This document shows positions 12,383 through 25,378 of a stretch of 64,000 nucleotides of DNA, in pieces. The stretch is from Octopus sinensis (Eukaryota), in assembly GCF_006345805.1 (NCBI RefSeq), contig NC_043010.1, forward strand, positions 30,752,001-30,816,000, read 5' to 3'. Position 1 is the stretch's first letter. Each line of letters opens with the position of its first letter. The notes beneath the pieces were generated by a model that searched no databases, was not told the origin of the DNA, and saw only the letters and a program-made list of their open reading frames with translations. Made by a program: the position numbers and the translations under genes.

Positions 12383-13348
12383 AATACTCAGAGTTATTAT
12401 TAAATATTTCTGTTAGAGGAGAGTTTGGATAATCTAAGAAAAATATCCTTTATAAGCTTAGATTTTGGATGATTAGGAATTTTCTCTAAGTAGTTTCATT
12501 CAAACTGAAGATATGACATTGATATCCTCTTTACTTATATGTACTATTTTGAAGCGAATATCAAGATTTTGTTCAGCAAAGTAGGTGGTATCGAAGCGTA
12601 AACTACCGATATCAAATTGTACGAAGGGTGTACGTATTTTTGTTGCTGTTTTCTGTTTCTTAGGTGTGGGGGTTCTAAACCAACTGAGTATTTCTATAGT
12701 ATTTTCCCATAATGATAGCTCAGTTATGTGTGTATATAAGTATGTATGGATGCATGTATGTATATATGTGCGTGTGTTTGTATACATATATGCACCCGTG
12801 TGTGTATGTGACGCGCGCGATTGTGTCTGTGTATGATTGTATATGTATTACATGATCACAGCCTACTGTACTCAATTATTTGCAAACTCAATTATTTGAG
12901 TAATTTACGATAAACAAAATACGAAATAAATATATATTAGACAATATATAAAGGATTTCACACTCAAATTCAACATTATCAATCCCAACCTCCTCATTGT
13001 CAGACTCAATTTCATTATTTTCAATCTTGATTACCTTGTTGTCACATTAACTGTCGCCATTACAGAACGAAGCGAGTTTTCTCTTACAGGCATTGACATC
13101 GGTAACTATTTGTCGCAGAACTGTAAAAGAATGTAAACATAAAAAATTTTGTAAAGAGTTACAAGTTTTGTATAGCACTAAGAATTGTCGCAATAACGTA
13201 AATATACATAGATATATTTAATACATTAGATGAAAAATGCCACAGAATCTCCCGGAACTTGACACCAATATCTAAGCGTTATCTAAGCTTAATAAGATTA
13301 TCTATGAAGGAAAACAACAAATATCAATGTAAGTAATCTCTTTTACAA

Positions 13349-13578
13349 GGCGGCAAGCTAGCAGAAACGTTAGCGCGCCGGGCGAAATGCGTAGCCGTAT
13401 TTCGTCTGTCGTTACGTTCTGAGTTCAAATTCCGCCGAGGTCGACTTTGCCTTTCATCCTCTCGGGGTCGATAAATAAAGTACCAGTTTCGCACTGGGGT
13501 CGATGTAATCGACTCAATCCCTTTGTCTGTCCTTGTTTGTCCCCTCTATGTTTAGCCCCTTGTGGGTAGTAAAGAAAT
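13349..13578 (+). mobile_element. Full-length tRNA-derived SINE family B (CORE-like) with 20-bp TSD
   Basis: A-box-like ggcaagctagcag and B-box gagttcaaattcc. Identical flanks atatcaatgtaagtaatctc at 13321-13340 and 13579-13598. Confidence 0.92.
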
Positions 13579-14849
13579 ATATCAATGTAAGTAATCTCCA
13601 CAAACCATGATTCCACAAACACTTTCCATTTTATTAGAATGAAGGACAACTCATAATAACGTGACTAATATGTAAAACAATTCAGAAAAAAAGGATAAAA
13701 AATATGTATTCACATCATCAGCTGCCAAACAGATATCACCATGGTTTCGACACCTGGACAATACCATTCACTCCGGCGGTGTCAACCACATTGAAAACAT
13801 AAACGCTGCCTGGGAATCAATAGTTATCTGCATTATTAATTAAAAGTAAAATGTAAGAAATAAATAAAAAGGGAATTAAATTAAATTTTAAGAGTTAATA
13901 TAAAAACAATAAAGACAGTAGAAACTACCGATCTAAAACTTATAACATGTCCTAACTACAAAGATTGATTAAATCCGATTAATTAAACAGCTGACGTCTT
14001 CATTACCCAGAAACAACTCAAACTACATTTAAGTTATAGAATAAAGAAATATATAAAGAGTTTGAATTTACATCTAAGAATTATAAACATTGAAAACTAC
14101 AAAAACAAGCATATCCTAGCAAAATTATTCTACATATAACAAAACCTCACGTGCTGCAGAGAAATTGACGGGAACTATACCTAGGTCTTAATTCCTTGCT
14201 GCCAAAAAAGATCGTTATATGTCAACTGGCGATAGTCAATCTCAACTAGCCAACTATAGTGAAAGACAGCTAGTCAACGGAAGTGACGTTGTACATAATA
14301 CTGGATGACAACCAACTCTTACACAGTTACTTAACCCTACTTAACGCTGCATAGGAATCGATAGTTATCTGGAGGAGCGAAACATTAGACCCAGCTGCAA
14401 ACCGGAGATTAGTTCATATTTTCTCAGAATTTCACCATGTTTCGTTAAGCAACGATTTAACCAAATCTTTTATTATTGTGACCTTTTTAACCTTATCCAA
14501 AAACATTCAAACTTTATTTAGTATCTTAACGTATCTGATAATCTGACTGGAAAACACGTTATAACTTATCCAAAGAGGAATTCTACTATCCGTCCAAGGC
14601 AGCGATGAAATGCGTAAGTTAAAACAATCAGTTTTATTATAAATACTAACCACGATCTAACAGCCTCCATTAACTTCTTTAATAGTTAACCTCATTTATA
14701 GAGTCATCATTTCATGTCGCTTCGAGATCCATAGGATATATTTTTTCTAGCAAAAATTCAAATACTTGTAATTAGGAATAAAACTGTCATAGATATATCT
14801 GCAGCATACACTGAGTTTAATAACTAAATGGGCATACTTAACAAACAGC

Positions 14850-14878
14850 CTCTGGCAACGCCGGGTACGACTGCTAGT
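14850..14878 (+). mobile_element. Helitron-like 3' terminus
   Basis: ggcaacgccgggtacgactgCTAG|T: a GC-rich subterminal stretch followed by CTAG (14874-14877) and T. The 5' end was not located. Confidence 0.5.
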
Positions 14879-15519
14879 ATACATAAAATACAGAAGGTAA
14901 AAATATATATACGAGTAAAATACAAATATATAGAAATAAACGACTAAAAATTCATAAAAATTGTAAAGCGTGTCATGCTACTAAAAAAACTAAATATACT
15001 AAGATAAAATAAAATATCAATCGACTAAATTTTTTCAACTCCCCTCACACAAGAGTATCTCCAAAAAGTTCAATTCTTAAAAACCATGGTAGGTTAGAGT
15101 CCAATGAGCACAAAGAGTTCCACAAAATCAATTCAAACAAACCTATGGCCATTTTGGGAGCTCGTTGCCGCGGTTCGATTACATTTAAAGTGCATCTCGG
15201 CAATGACCCCCTCATCCGGATGAAACACGCACAGAAAAAAACTATTAAAAAAAAAAACTAAAAAAAAGGAAAAAATAGTTTTAAGAATTGAACTTTTCGG
15301 ACGTTTTCTTGTATGAGGGGAGTTAAAAAAAAACTTTTTTAAAATATTTTTAGTCGATTGATATTTTACTTTATCTTAGTTTATTTAGTTTTTTAGTAGC
15401 ATGACTCACTATAGAATTTTTATGGATTTTTAATCGTTTATATTTACCCTTTTGATAGGCAGTTCTATATGTTTGTATTTTACTCGCATATATATTTTTA
15501 CCTTCCGCGTTTTTATGTA
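14879..15519. mobile_element. Fold-back/MITE-like element with ~205-240-bp imperfect terminal inverted repeats
   Basis: 14879-15084 (tacataaaatacagaagg...aaaagttcaattcttaaaaac) mirrors 15278-15519 (gttttaagaattgaactttt...ccttccgcgtttttatgta). The spacer is about 190 bp and non-coding. Confidence 0.75.
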
Positions 15520-15731
15520 AATGCATATTTTTATATGTTTAAGAACCATGGTAATATTTATATATTATCAAATATTTGAGGTAAGGTGTTATATATAAAG
15601 CCATTGACTCGAATTTGATGTTTGTTCTATGATCATGTTTCTTTATCTTTGTCTCATTTACATTTGAACACTTCTTTTTTACAGTCCTATAGACCCTTTT
15701 GTTTCCATAAAAAGAGACAAAAATAATTTCT

Positions 15732-15762
<31 letters not shown>

Positions 15763-15874
15763 GAAAATGTGTTGTTGAAAGCACCTGAATTTCAAAAACT
15801 CGTAAATGCTTAAAATACATTTATTTACATATACACCAAACAAGTTTCAACAATATTTTTGTTTATCAATGGTA

Positions 15875-15945
15875 AAAGTTTCAATGTTGACAAATTAAAA
15901 TGTTTCAATCTTGACAAACTAAAATGTTTCAAAGTTGACAAATTA
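15875..15945. repeat. 24-bp minisatellite, about 3 copies, inside a dispersed repeat (15760-15960) also present at 54565-54720
   Basis: Unit aatgtttcaatcttgacaaactaa. The flanking ataggaaaatgtgttgttgaaa...gcacctgaattt recurs near 54566. Confidence 0.7.
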
Positions 15946-16113
15946 ACATATTTTAAACAGGTGTAAGTTTGAATGTTCATAGCAGTCAATAAAATTAAAA
16001 CTGTATAGCAATTTGTTTGGATGTAGAAAGTTCATTAATTTTAGTGGTGGTCGACAAGTCATACTGAAAAGACAAGGGTGAAATGAAAATATTGTTGAAA
16101 CTAGTTTGGTATA

Positions 16114-16800
16114 TCTGTATATATAAAGCTGAAGTTGTCTGTGTGTGTGTGTGTGGCATGTTTGGTAGCCTTCAACTAACACTATCTCCTCCGAGACCCT
16201 GCGGCACAAGTTGACCAAAATTGAGAGTATGATAGAAGAAGGCTTGCTCTTCATTCAATCGGACCATCTTAAGACCAAAAGTTATTTACATCAACAAGGT
16301 GCTTTTTTTTCTATGAAAATCCCTATTTTTTACGATTTTTTTTTACTGCTGTGTCGCCATTTTTCGGTGTATTTCAACCAGAAAAATGTTCACTTGAAGA
16401 GAATAACAAGCTACATAATGCAAAACTTTTACTTTTCAAAAATTTCAATTCTAAAGGGTCGAAAAGAACTTTTTTGTGGTGTCATTGGTTTTAAGCGAAC
16501 GACGGATCAGCTGATCCAGTGCAGAGAAGTAATGTTCGCTGCATGAATGCACTAATTTTCAAGGTGCATGAATGCGCCTTGAATGCTGCATGAAAGCACT
16601 AATTTTCAACTGCTACAGCGCTGAGTACAATTCAGCAATTTCAATCGATTTTGTGTGAGAAAAAATTAATTGTATTTGCGTAAAACAGAACATTTTGCTT
16701 AGTCATTTGGACTGCACTGCCATTGTATGCTACCACACATTATAGCTGCTGTGAGCATTATACTTTGTAAGTTTTTCCTAAAATTTTTTTAAAGATACCA
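16114..16800 (+). mobile_element. Non-autonomous Helitron-like element, 5' part
   Basis: Starts a|TCtgtatatataaagctgaagttgtct followed by (GT)n, the usual 5' architecture of HINE/Lep1-type Helitron derivatives. No 3' CTAG end found. Confidence 0.5.
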
Positions 16801-16899
16801 ACTTAACTATGGCTGTCTAAAAAATTATCTTTGGTACTATACAAGAACTGTTTACCTTCCTTTATGGATTTCGAACTGAGACATTCTTTCTTAATAACA

Positions 16900-16981
<82 letters not shown>

Positions 16982-17848
16982 GTATATAATGGCATGCAAA
17001 CCTTCCTTGCAACCTTCTCCAATGCAGATCTTCGATGTAGATCTCCTAGGCAACCTTCTTCAGTACATATCTTCGATGCAACCTTGACCGATAGTACCCC
17101 TAGGAGGGGATAGAACTGGATCGGGATTAGTCGCTGCCTTTTAGAGGCTCCCAAGTCCCCTTTCGCTTGGTTAGCTTAGGTTTAGGTTAAGGCTTAGTTG
17201 TGATCCGAAGATAACCTCTTCTGACACAGATCATTTGGAGCCCTTTTGGGCATTGTATTTTCTTTGCCGGAAGAGCTCATAACCCATGGGCCAAGGGGTA
17301 TTAGATGATGGAGTTGGTGGTTTCGAAAGGGCTGGCATGTACAACCTGATCACCTCTGCCAGTCAAGCTCCCAACCCATGCGTTCCCGTTGCGACACTGA
17401 TTCTGCAGAACTGGATTGCGTGTGAAAACCAACTTTAAAGTATAAATAAACATTCTTTGAATCAGATATGTTGTGTTCAGTTAAGTCCTATTTGGGCTGA
17501 AAAATCAATAAACTGATTCCTTATGGGGTTTTCCGTTCAATCATGATGAAAAATTGATAAAACGATTACTTATAGGATTTCCCACTAAAATTGGCTACAC
17601 CCCATTTTCAACCATAACTTTTACCGAATTTTGTTTACAATAATGTTTTCTTTTGACACATTCTACCAGTATACGAAGTTTCAAATTGTTTAGTTAACTA
17701 GGAAAATCTGGCCTTCAAAATGAATAGATCCTAATATGCTTTATTTAAAAGCAGCAGAAATATAACAAAAGCTGTTAATCGGATTTCACGTTCCCGTTCG
17801 TCGGAGTGTTTTGTTAAAATAGAACCGAAATAACAATTTGATCAAAAC

Positions 17849-18595
17849 TAGTTTTATGATCCTTTCGCGTAAAATGAGGAATTCATCTACGAAGCAATTG
17901 CCCCAGCCCCCCTTCAGGGTTGGCGAAAGCGATGTGGTGGACAACGAAAAACCTGGCTGATGACAGTCAAGGCTGATCTGGAACCCAACTTAGGCCCACA
18001 TGTCTACGGAGTTCGCCGCTGGAATAGGGAGTGGTTGGAGATCACGCGGTCGTTAGCCTCAAATCGCCAGACCTGGTCGGCGTTTGTGAGAGATGCAGCA
18101 TTGAAGATGAATGAAGCCAGCTCAACCCACCCCGGGTAAATGCTGCCTCAAGTCAAGGTGATACGTATGGTTCAGTCCTATCTTTTAGGTTCAACCTTGA
18201 GATGAGTTTATAGTGTAGTTTATTAATATCCTCGAGTGCGGTATCTTTTGCATGTTTATAGTTGGTATTTAACTCCTTCAAAACAAATTTATCATAGGTA
18301 TCACAAGGCATTGAATAAATGTTACCCGTTTTGTCACAGAGCACATGTAGATCAGGTGATCGTTTTATCTTTAATATAATTCCTGAGAGTATTTTCTGGA
18401 AGGAGTTGGTTTGTTTAGAGATGCATCGAAATCTTTCTCGAAATTAACCAATGCTGAGTTTTGTATGATTTTAAATTATAATTGTCCTCATTAGGTTGTT
18501 TATCAAAAATATTCTAGATAAATATATTCCTTCTTTAGTAAAAAAAAAAATAAAGCTTAACTTATGGTCTAATTCGTTCCAAGTGGTCGACTGGT
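17849..18595. repeat. Left arm of a 747-bp inverted duplication (partner 22365-23110)
   Basis: Near-perfect reverse complement, with only isolated substitutions seen. ORFs 18153..18344(-) and 22615..22806(+) are identical except at the penultimate residue. Confidence 0.95.
17863..18157 (+). mobile_element. 5'-truncated RTE LINE 3' end
   Basis: EEFIYEAIAPAPLQGWRKRCGGQRKTWLMTVKADLEPNLGPHVYGVRRWNREW...NRQTWSAFVRDAA...PG* followed by a tcaagtcaag tail. Confidence 0.8.
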
Positions 18596-19399
18596 CTTAG
18601 GCAAGCGATAAACAAAAAAAAAACAAAAAAATAAATGAATTCAATATAAATTATTAAAATTGAGGAAAAACCTTAAATCGAAGAGTGGATTCAAATACAT
18701 ATTGTCATTAATTATATAGAAAATATAATTCGATTAATACAATTAATACATAAAAATTAAAATTAAAATATATTAAAATATTTCACAACAGTATATACTC
18801 ATACTAAACCATCAATATACATATATACATCAAAATACACAGATAGATGTACACAGACCACATACATATACAGACATGTAAATGCAAAACGAAAATATAC
18901 ACACAAATAGACGTACACATATGTATACGCAATCTTGCACGCATGCAAAAATCACTTGGTGTATACATATAGACTAGAAGTAAAACGCAGAGAGGGCGAA
19001 AAAAAGAAAAGGTAACGATCTTATAAGCAACAGATAGCTAAAGACACGAGTAAGAGAAGGGGAGAGGGGCGTAAAGCTAGAGGACAAGTAACGAATAGGG
19101 AGAGAAAAAATAACGAAAGAAAGGAAAAAAGACTATGTGTAACGAACATTCACAAAATAAAATTACGTATACATGTGTAAGTAAAAGTGTATATTAGCAG
19201 TAAGTACACCCATAAGAACACATATATAAATATATAGAGACAAGTACGTAAAAACACATCCACACAAATCCAAGTGAATACATGCATACATATACATCTA
19301 TGTATTTATGTGCATAAGTATAAATATACACGCTCACTTAAACATATACATAGAGGCGTGCATACGAATACAGTGCATACTAATACAAACATTCACATA

Positions 19400-19800
19400 A
19401 AAACCTGTCTAGGATCTGACGTATATACAAACAACATTATTTTTTTAAAAATTGCTGAGTGCAAAATAATAAAAAATTTAGATAAAAGACATTCAAAACA
19501 TAACATACTATATTGAATTATCTATGAATTAAATTATCAAAGTGGGTTTCTTTTAATTCCCAGCTATATTTCGCCAGGCTGGTCTTCGTCCTATTTTCTG
19601 GGTATCTAAAGGAATTTTTATGCGAATAAAATCGGGTTTTAACAGAATTTTCAGAAGCCCCTGTATAAGTCCTATATTCGCGTGAGCCTTCTATCTGTAC
19701 CTTGGCTCTATATACGATTCTATTCTCCAAGTATTTCCCTTCCAATGGACAGGAGGATCCATTTTTGCAATTACATTTTACATTGCTCTTTAACCCTACA
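19400..19800 (-). mobile_element. Penelope-like element fragment, GIY-YIG endonuclease
   Basis: CNCKNGSSCPLEGKYLENRIVYRAKV...YTGASENSVKTRFYSHKNSF...TSLAKYSWELK in ORF 19518..19871. Confidence 0.85.
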
Positions 19801-19859
19801 ATCACAGAACTTACTAAGAGTAAGCTCGAGGAGGCCATGGGGTAGCAATCTGACGAAGT

Positions 19860-20652
19860 GAGCTGCAACAACGAAGAGGCGGAGGATGACTTCTTGGGTG
19901 GTGTCCCCAGCCAAAAGAGAGCAGCAGGACAAGGCCGAGAACTTGGTCATGACCTGGTTGGAGACCAACTCCAAGAATTTGCTGACAGATGCTACCTTCT
20001 TAGGTGAGCACGTTTTGGTGGACTTGTTCATTGACTTCGACACAGTCATCTCCTCCAGTGCTGCAGTGGAGCATTTGTTGTCTATGAGCAAGGACATTAT
20101 CCCTGTCTGATGAAAACTTTGACATGCTCATTTTCATGCAGGGCAACATGCATCTAATGAACAAAAAGGAGAACGAGAAGAGGAAAAATTAAATTATGTA
20201 TGTATCGTGTTTTTCATTTAAAAAAAAATTTTACGGTCACTTTATCAATAAACACCCTTTTCTGGTTCTAAAGGCATTTAAAAACCTTAAAAGGAGCCAA
20301 AAACTATGAAATCAGCCATTTTTTGGTCTTTTAAAAGTTAAAACTATAAATTCAGTATTTTTTAACTCTAAAGCAAAAACAAAAACTATATTTTTGAGAT
20401 TCTGAAGCCCTTAAAAAGGCCCCAAAAGGCTGATTTTATAGTTTTGGCATTTTTAAAAGGTGTTTTAGGTGGTTTTTAAGCAAAAAGAAAAAGATTATTT
20501 TTTTTATAATAAAAATTAACGTTAACGGTTTATCGATACCTTCTGTTACATTTTTAAAGAATTAACTGATTAATGGTTATCGAAGTTAACTTTTTAGTTA
20601 ACGGATTAACGGTTAAAGAAGTTAACTTTTCGATTAACGGTGCCCACTTTTG
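19860..20652 (+). mobile_element. hAT transposon 3' remnant (dimerisation domain, subterminal repeats, TIR)
   Basis: LVDLFIDFDTVISSSAAVEHLLS (SSAAVERLFS-type motif), then *ENFDMLIFMQGN. Reiterated gttaac/ttaacgg motifs at 20517-20640. Terminal tgcccacttttg resembles the reverse complement of a CAG.GGTGGGCA hAT TIR. Confidence 0.75.
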
Positions 20653-20689
20653 GTATATATACATGACATAATATGTATATATATCTATG

Positions 20690-20873
20690 TGTGTGCTTTT
20701 CTGTGTCTGTCCCTTTCTACTGCTTAACAACTGGTGGTGTGTTTACCTACCCGTAACTTAGCGATTCGGCGAAAGAGGCCGATAGTGTAAGTACCAGACT
20801 TCAAAAGGTAACACGTCCTGGGGTCGTCCTGCATAGCCGCAGTCGAAATGACTAAAAGAAGTACAAGATAAAA
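20690..20873 (+). mobile_element. SINE family A, 3' half
   Basis: ccgtaacttagcgattcggcgaaagaggccgatag...ctggggtcg...gcatagccgcagtcgaaatgactaaaagaagta. Confidence 0.7.
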
Positions 20874-20874
20874 G

Positions 20875-20987
<113 letters not shown>

Positions 20988-21114
20988 CTCAATAAACATG
21001 CCAAAGACCAACATGGCTGCATGCTAGGCCGAACTGACATCTGTATTTTGTCCAAACACCCAAAAGACCCATCACTTAGGGAAATACAAGAGTACGTCCT
21101 CATAAGTGAAACAT

Positions 21115-21715
21115 TACCGATATTCTTTTCTACTCTAAGCAGAAGGCCCGAAATTTAGATCGACCCCAGTACGCAACTGGTACTTAATTTATCGACTCCG
21201 ACAGGATGAAAGGCAAAGTCGACCTCGGTGGAATTTGAACTCAGAACGTAAAGACAGACGAAATACTGCTAAGCATTTCGCTCGGCATGCTAACGTTTCT
21301 AATTTCTTTATTGCCCACAAGGGGCTACGCATAGAGGAGACAAACAAAGACAGACAAAGGGATTAAGTCGACTACATCGACCCCAGTGCGTAAATGGTAC
21401 TTAATTTATCGACCCCGAAAAGATGAAAGGCAAAATCGACCTCGGCGGAATTTGATCTCAGAACGTAGAGGCAGACGAAATACCTATTTCTTTACTACCC
21501 ACAAGAGGCTAAACACAAAGAGGACAAACAAGGACAGACAAACGGAGTAAGTCGATTATATCGACCTCAGTGCATAACTGGTACTTATTTAATCGACCCC
21601 GAAAGGATGAAAGGCAAAGTCGACCTCGGCGGAATTTGATCTCAGAACGTAGCGGCAGACGAAATACCGCTAAGCATTTCGCCGAGCGTGCTAACGTTTC
21701 TGCCAGCTCGCCGCC
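21115..21715 (-). mobile_element. Three stacked SINE family B copies (about 21115-21300, 21301-21484 and 21485-21715)
   Basis: The core gatgaaaggcaaagtcgacctcggcggaatttga occurs three times. Only the last copy keeps the complete head (ends ...gccagctcgccgcc). Confidence 0.88.
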
Positions 21716-21961
21716 TTGAAATATCGATATTAAACAAGAAATTCACGGAGGAGGTAGAGATACTTCAATACCACGGAAACTACCCACGCGGTGTGCATGC
21801 ATAGGTACATTCGTAGGTAGTTAGTTATGTAGGTAAATAGGTATATAGGTAAATATGTAAGTAGGTTTTTTGGCGGTTGGACTAGTTATATACGTTTTTA
21901 GTTACTTATTTAATTATATTGGTCAGTAGATAGGTGGGGAGATTGGCAAGTAAATAAGTTT

Positions 21962-22037
21962 GTAGGTAGGTAGGTAGGTAGGTAGGTAGGTATGTAGGTA
22001 GGTAGGTAGGTAGGTAGGTAGGTAGGTAGGTAGGTAG
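21962..22037. repeat. (GGTA)n microsatellite
   Basis: Direct reading. Confidence 0.95.
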
Positions 22038-22364
22038 TACGGACAGACATGCACATACACACACACAAAAGAACACACCCCGAAGAGGAAACCATACGAC
22101 CATACACATACAATGTATATGCATGTATACACACATACATATATACGTATACATATACATAGTTATATATACATAGTTATATATACATATATATGTGTGT
22201 GTGTGTCTGTGTGTAACTATGTATAATTTCATCCTGGGTGAAACCTGTTTTGTTGTGCGCAAACCAGAGTGCTCTGTTGAGTGCAATTGAGTTAATAGAA
22301 GAATAGTAACTAGAAATGTCGAACTAAATAAACTTAGTGCACTTCTTGTTGTTAATAGAATTAA

Positions 22365-24670
22365 ACCAGTCGACCACTTGGAACGAATTAGACCATAAGT
22401 TAAGCTTTATTTTTTTTTTACTAAAGAAGGAATATATTTATCTAGAATATTTTTGATAAACAACCTAATGAGGACAATTATAATTTAAAATCATACAAAA
22501 CTCAGCATTGGTTAATTTCGAGAAAGATTTCGATGCATCTCTAAACAAACCAACTCCTTCCAGAAAATACTCTCAGGAATTATATTAAAGATAAAACGAT
22601 CACCTGATCTACATGTGCTCTGTGACAAAACGGGTAACATTTATTCAATGCCTTGTGATACCTATGATAAATTTGTTTTGAAGGAGTTAAATACCAACTA
22701 TAAACATGCAAAAGATACCGCACTCGAGGATATTAATAAACTACACTATAAACTCATCTCAAGGTTGAACCTAAAAGATAGGACTGAACCATACGTACCA
22801 CCTTGACTTGAGGCAGCATTTACCCGGGGTGGGTTGAGCTGGCTTCATTCATCTTCAATGCTGCATCTCTCACAAACGCCGACCAGGTCTGGCGATTTGA
22901 GGCTAACGACCGCGTGATCTCCAACCACTCCCTATTCCAGCGGCGAACTCCGTAGACATGTGGGCCTAAGTTGGGTTCCAGACCAGCCTTGACTGTCATC
23001 AGCCAGGTTTTTCGTTGTCCACCACATCGCTTTCGCCAACCCTGAAGGGGGGCTGGGGCAATTGCTTCGTAGATGAATTCCTCATTTTACGCGAAAGGAT
23101 CATAAAACTAACTTTCATTTGAAACCATCTTTCAGACATATGTCCTCCGAAATTATATTTGGGAAAAATTAGCAAACCCATATTGGACAGAATAATACTA
23201 GTAGTCAAAGATAATGTTAAACTCCCTCTATGGAATTCAACCGGGGATGTAATAACATGGTTCCATTGCCTCCCGAGTAAGCAAAATACTCGTTTTATAC
23301 AATTTGACATTTCGAACTATTATGCCACTATCTCCCCAATATTATTAAATAAGGCATTGACATTTGCACGTGATTTTGTTAACATCCCTCGATCTAATAT
23401 CGATATTATCTTGACAGCGAGAAAAACCTTAATTAATTTTAAGGATCATAATTGAATTAGAAGTGACTCGACGAATTACTTCGATATCACTATGGGTTCG
23501 TCAGATTCAGCCCAGCTGACAGACCTTGTGGGTCTGTATTTCCTATCTCAAATCACGTAAAGCTTTCCAAACGTTTCTGGTGGGCTCTATTGGGACGACG
23601 CATTCTTAGCAGTAAATGGTTTACCTAAACCGGAGACTGAGCAAATTAAGAAGTCATTAAAAAAATTTCTTTTAAATTTCTTTAATCTCAATATTGTATT
23701 TGATACTGACACAAAAAGCGCCAATTTTTTAGACGTCACACTTAATTTAAACACTAAGTTATATTACCCATACAGCAAACCAAACAAGAGATTTCAATAT
23801 ATAAACGTCTCTTCTAGTCATCCGAAATTAACCATTGATAGTATTATCACGGCCATCTTCATTAGAATATCCACTTTATCAGCAAACGAGGAGATTTTTA
23901 ACGCACACTCACCAACTTATAATTATGCCCTAAAATTAAGCGGCTTTCATGACCATATTTTCTACATACCTGACAACTATCTCATAACCAAATTGGCTAA
24001 TTTAACACCTCACAGTAATTCTGATACGACTAAAATGATCCCCTCCTTGAATTAAAAACCTATAAGAAAACCTGTTGTTAACCGTATTAAATTTTATAAT
24101 CGTAATGCCGATAATCGTAATAAATATAGTACCTCTATATCTGAACACTCTGATGGGTTAAGACACTCTAAATCTAGGAAAAGACAAATTATTTAGCTCG
24201 CCCCATCATTTTCTCTGAGTCAAAAATCTACCAAAACATTCTAAAAAATTATTAAACTAAATTTCCCCCAGCACCATAAATACTACCCTATATTTAATAA
24301 ACATTCTATAAAATTATCTTATTCTACCACGCCTAATTTGGGTTCAATTATTGCATCTACAAACAGAAATAAAATTCAACTCCAAACAACTAAAAGCGTA
24401 GATCACTATAGGATACCCCATACAAGTCTAAATATTAAGAAAACAAAAATTATAGACAGGAACGCAAAAACATGTAATTGTAGGACTCCTGAATTATGTC
24501 CGCTTGCGAATCTACACAAAAATGTAATCTATAAATGTACAGTGACAAACGATAAACATCAAGCTAGGATATAGATAGGAAATACTAAAGACTTCAAAAA
24601 ACGATATAGAATACATGTAAATTCCTTGAATAAGTTAAAACATAAAATCATAGTCTTGGTCAATCATAGA
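22365..24670 (+). mobile_element. Degenerate Penelope-like retroelement (RT plus GIY-YIG), interrupted by an RTE insertion
   Basis: CDKTGNIYSM...KDHK...GKISKPILDRI...FIQFDISNYYATIS...FDITMGSSDSAQLTDLVGLY...GLYWDD...NFLDVTLNL...YINVSSSHP...IKLSYSTTPNLGSIIAS...CNCRTPELCPL...VIYKCTV. Many stops and frameshifts. Confidence 0.92.
22802..23096 (-). mobile_element. RTE LINE 3' end nested in the Penelope ORF
   Basis: Reverse complement of 17863-18157. It splits the PLE frame between EPYVP and KDHK. Confidence 0.8.
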
Positions 24671-25032
24671 TGACGCCCCACCATACAATACGATTACTGG
24701 CAGATGTCGATTGTGTATAAAAGAATCATACATTATCCTTCGCGTGTTTAATCCCACTGTTTTAAATAAATTTTCTGATGCTATTCATTTCTGCAACCAT
24801 AGATACTATTCAACTTTCGTGAGTCGATTCACTTAGCAATATTTTCTTTTGCACAACAATATATCGCCAATAGAAATATAAATTTTAAGAAAGTCAGTAA
24901 ACAATCTAATTTTTCTCTCATCAGCCCTCATAAAAACTTCCATAATTTACATAGCTAATCTGCTCTTCTATAAAGCATCAAATCATCTTATACCTGGTAA
25001 GGGACTAAATCCATATCTAGCGTAAACACTAT

Positions 25033-25123
25033 TTTTTCCTGATGATGGGGACATTCTGTGGAAATGAATCTTAAGATTCATAAACAATCTGCACGAATGT
25101 ACTCCTGAAACGATAGTTGGAAC
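25033..25123 (+). ncRNA. Type I hammerhead ribozyme motif (PLE 3' region)
   Basis: ttttc-CTGATGA(25039)-tggggacatt...aatgtactcct-GAAA(25107)C-gata-GTT-ggaa. Stem I is weak (4 bp) and the triplet is GUU. Confidence 0.55.
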
Positions 25124-25378
25124 ACCTTATTTTCCTCTTATGTTACCCAAAAATCTTTTTAATACCTATTACTTTCTCCATGTTACATTTTGAGTTTTCT
25201 ATTGAAATTCCCTTCAAGCAAAATTTCATTAAGTTTCAAAACCCCAAAATAGTCGAGGTTAGACGGTGATACTTGAATCTCGGAAACTTCTCGCATTCCA
25301 AATGACAATGAGTAGAAAATCAGCGATAGAAAGCTCTGCATTTGAATTTTTTAATGAAAAAATTTTTATACACAATGT

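Noticed and set aside
13349-13430. tRNA gene (also the SINE A heads and 43565-43642)
   Set aside because: A/B boxes are present but there is no cloverleaf I can fold, and each runs into SINE body sequence.
13710-13790. Minus-strand gacacc/ggtgtc-GAAAC-catg-GT with a downstream CTGATGA
   Set aside because: There is no CUGAnGA before the stem, the triplet is GUG, and the downstream CTGATGA cannot close stem I.
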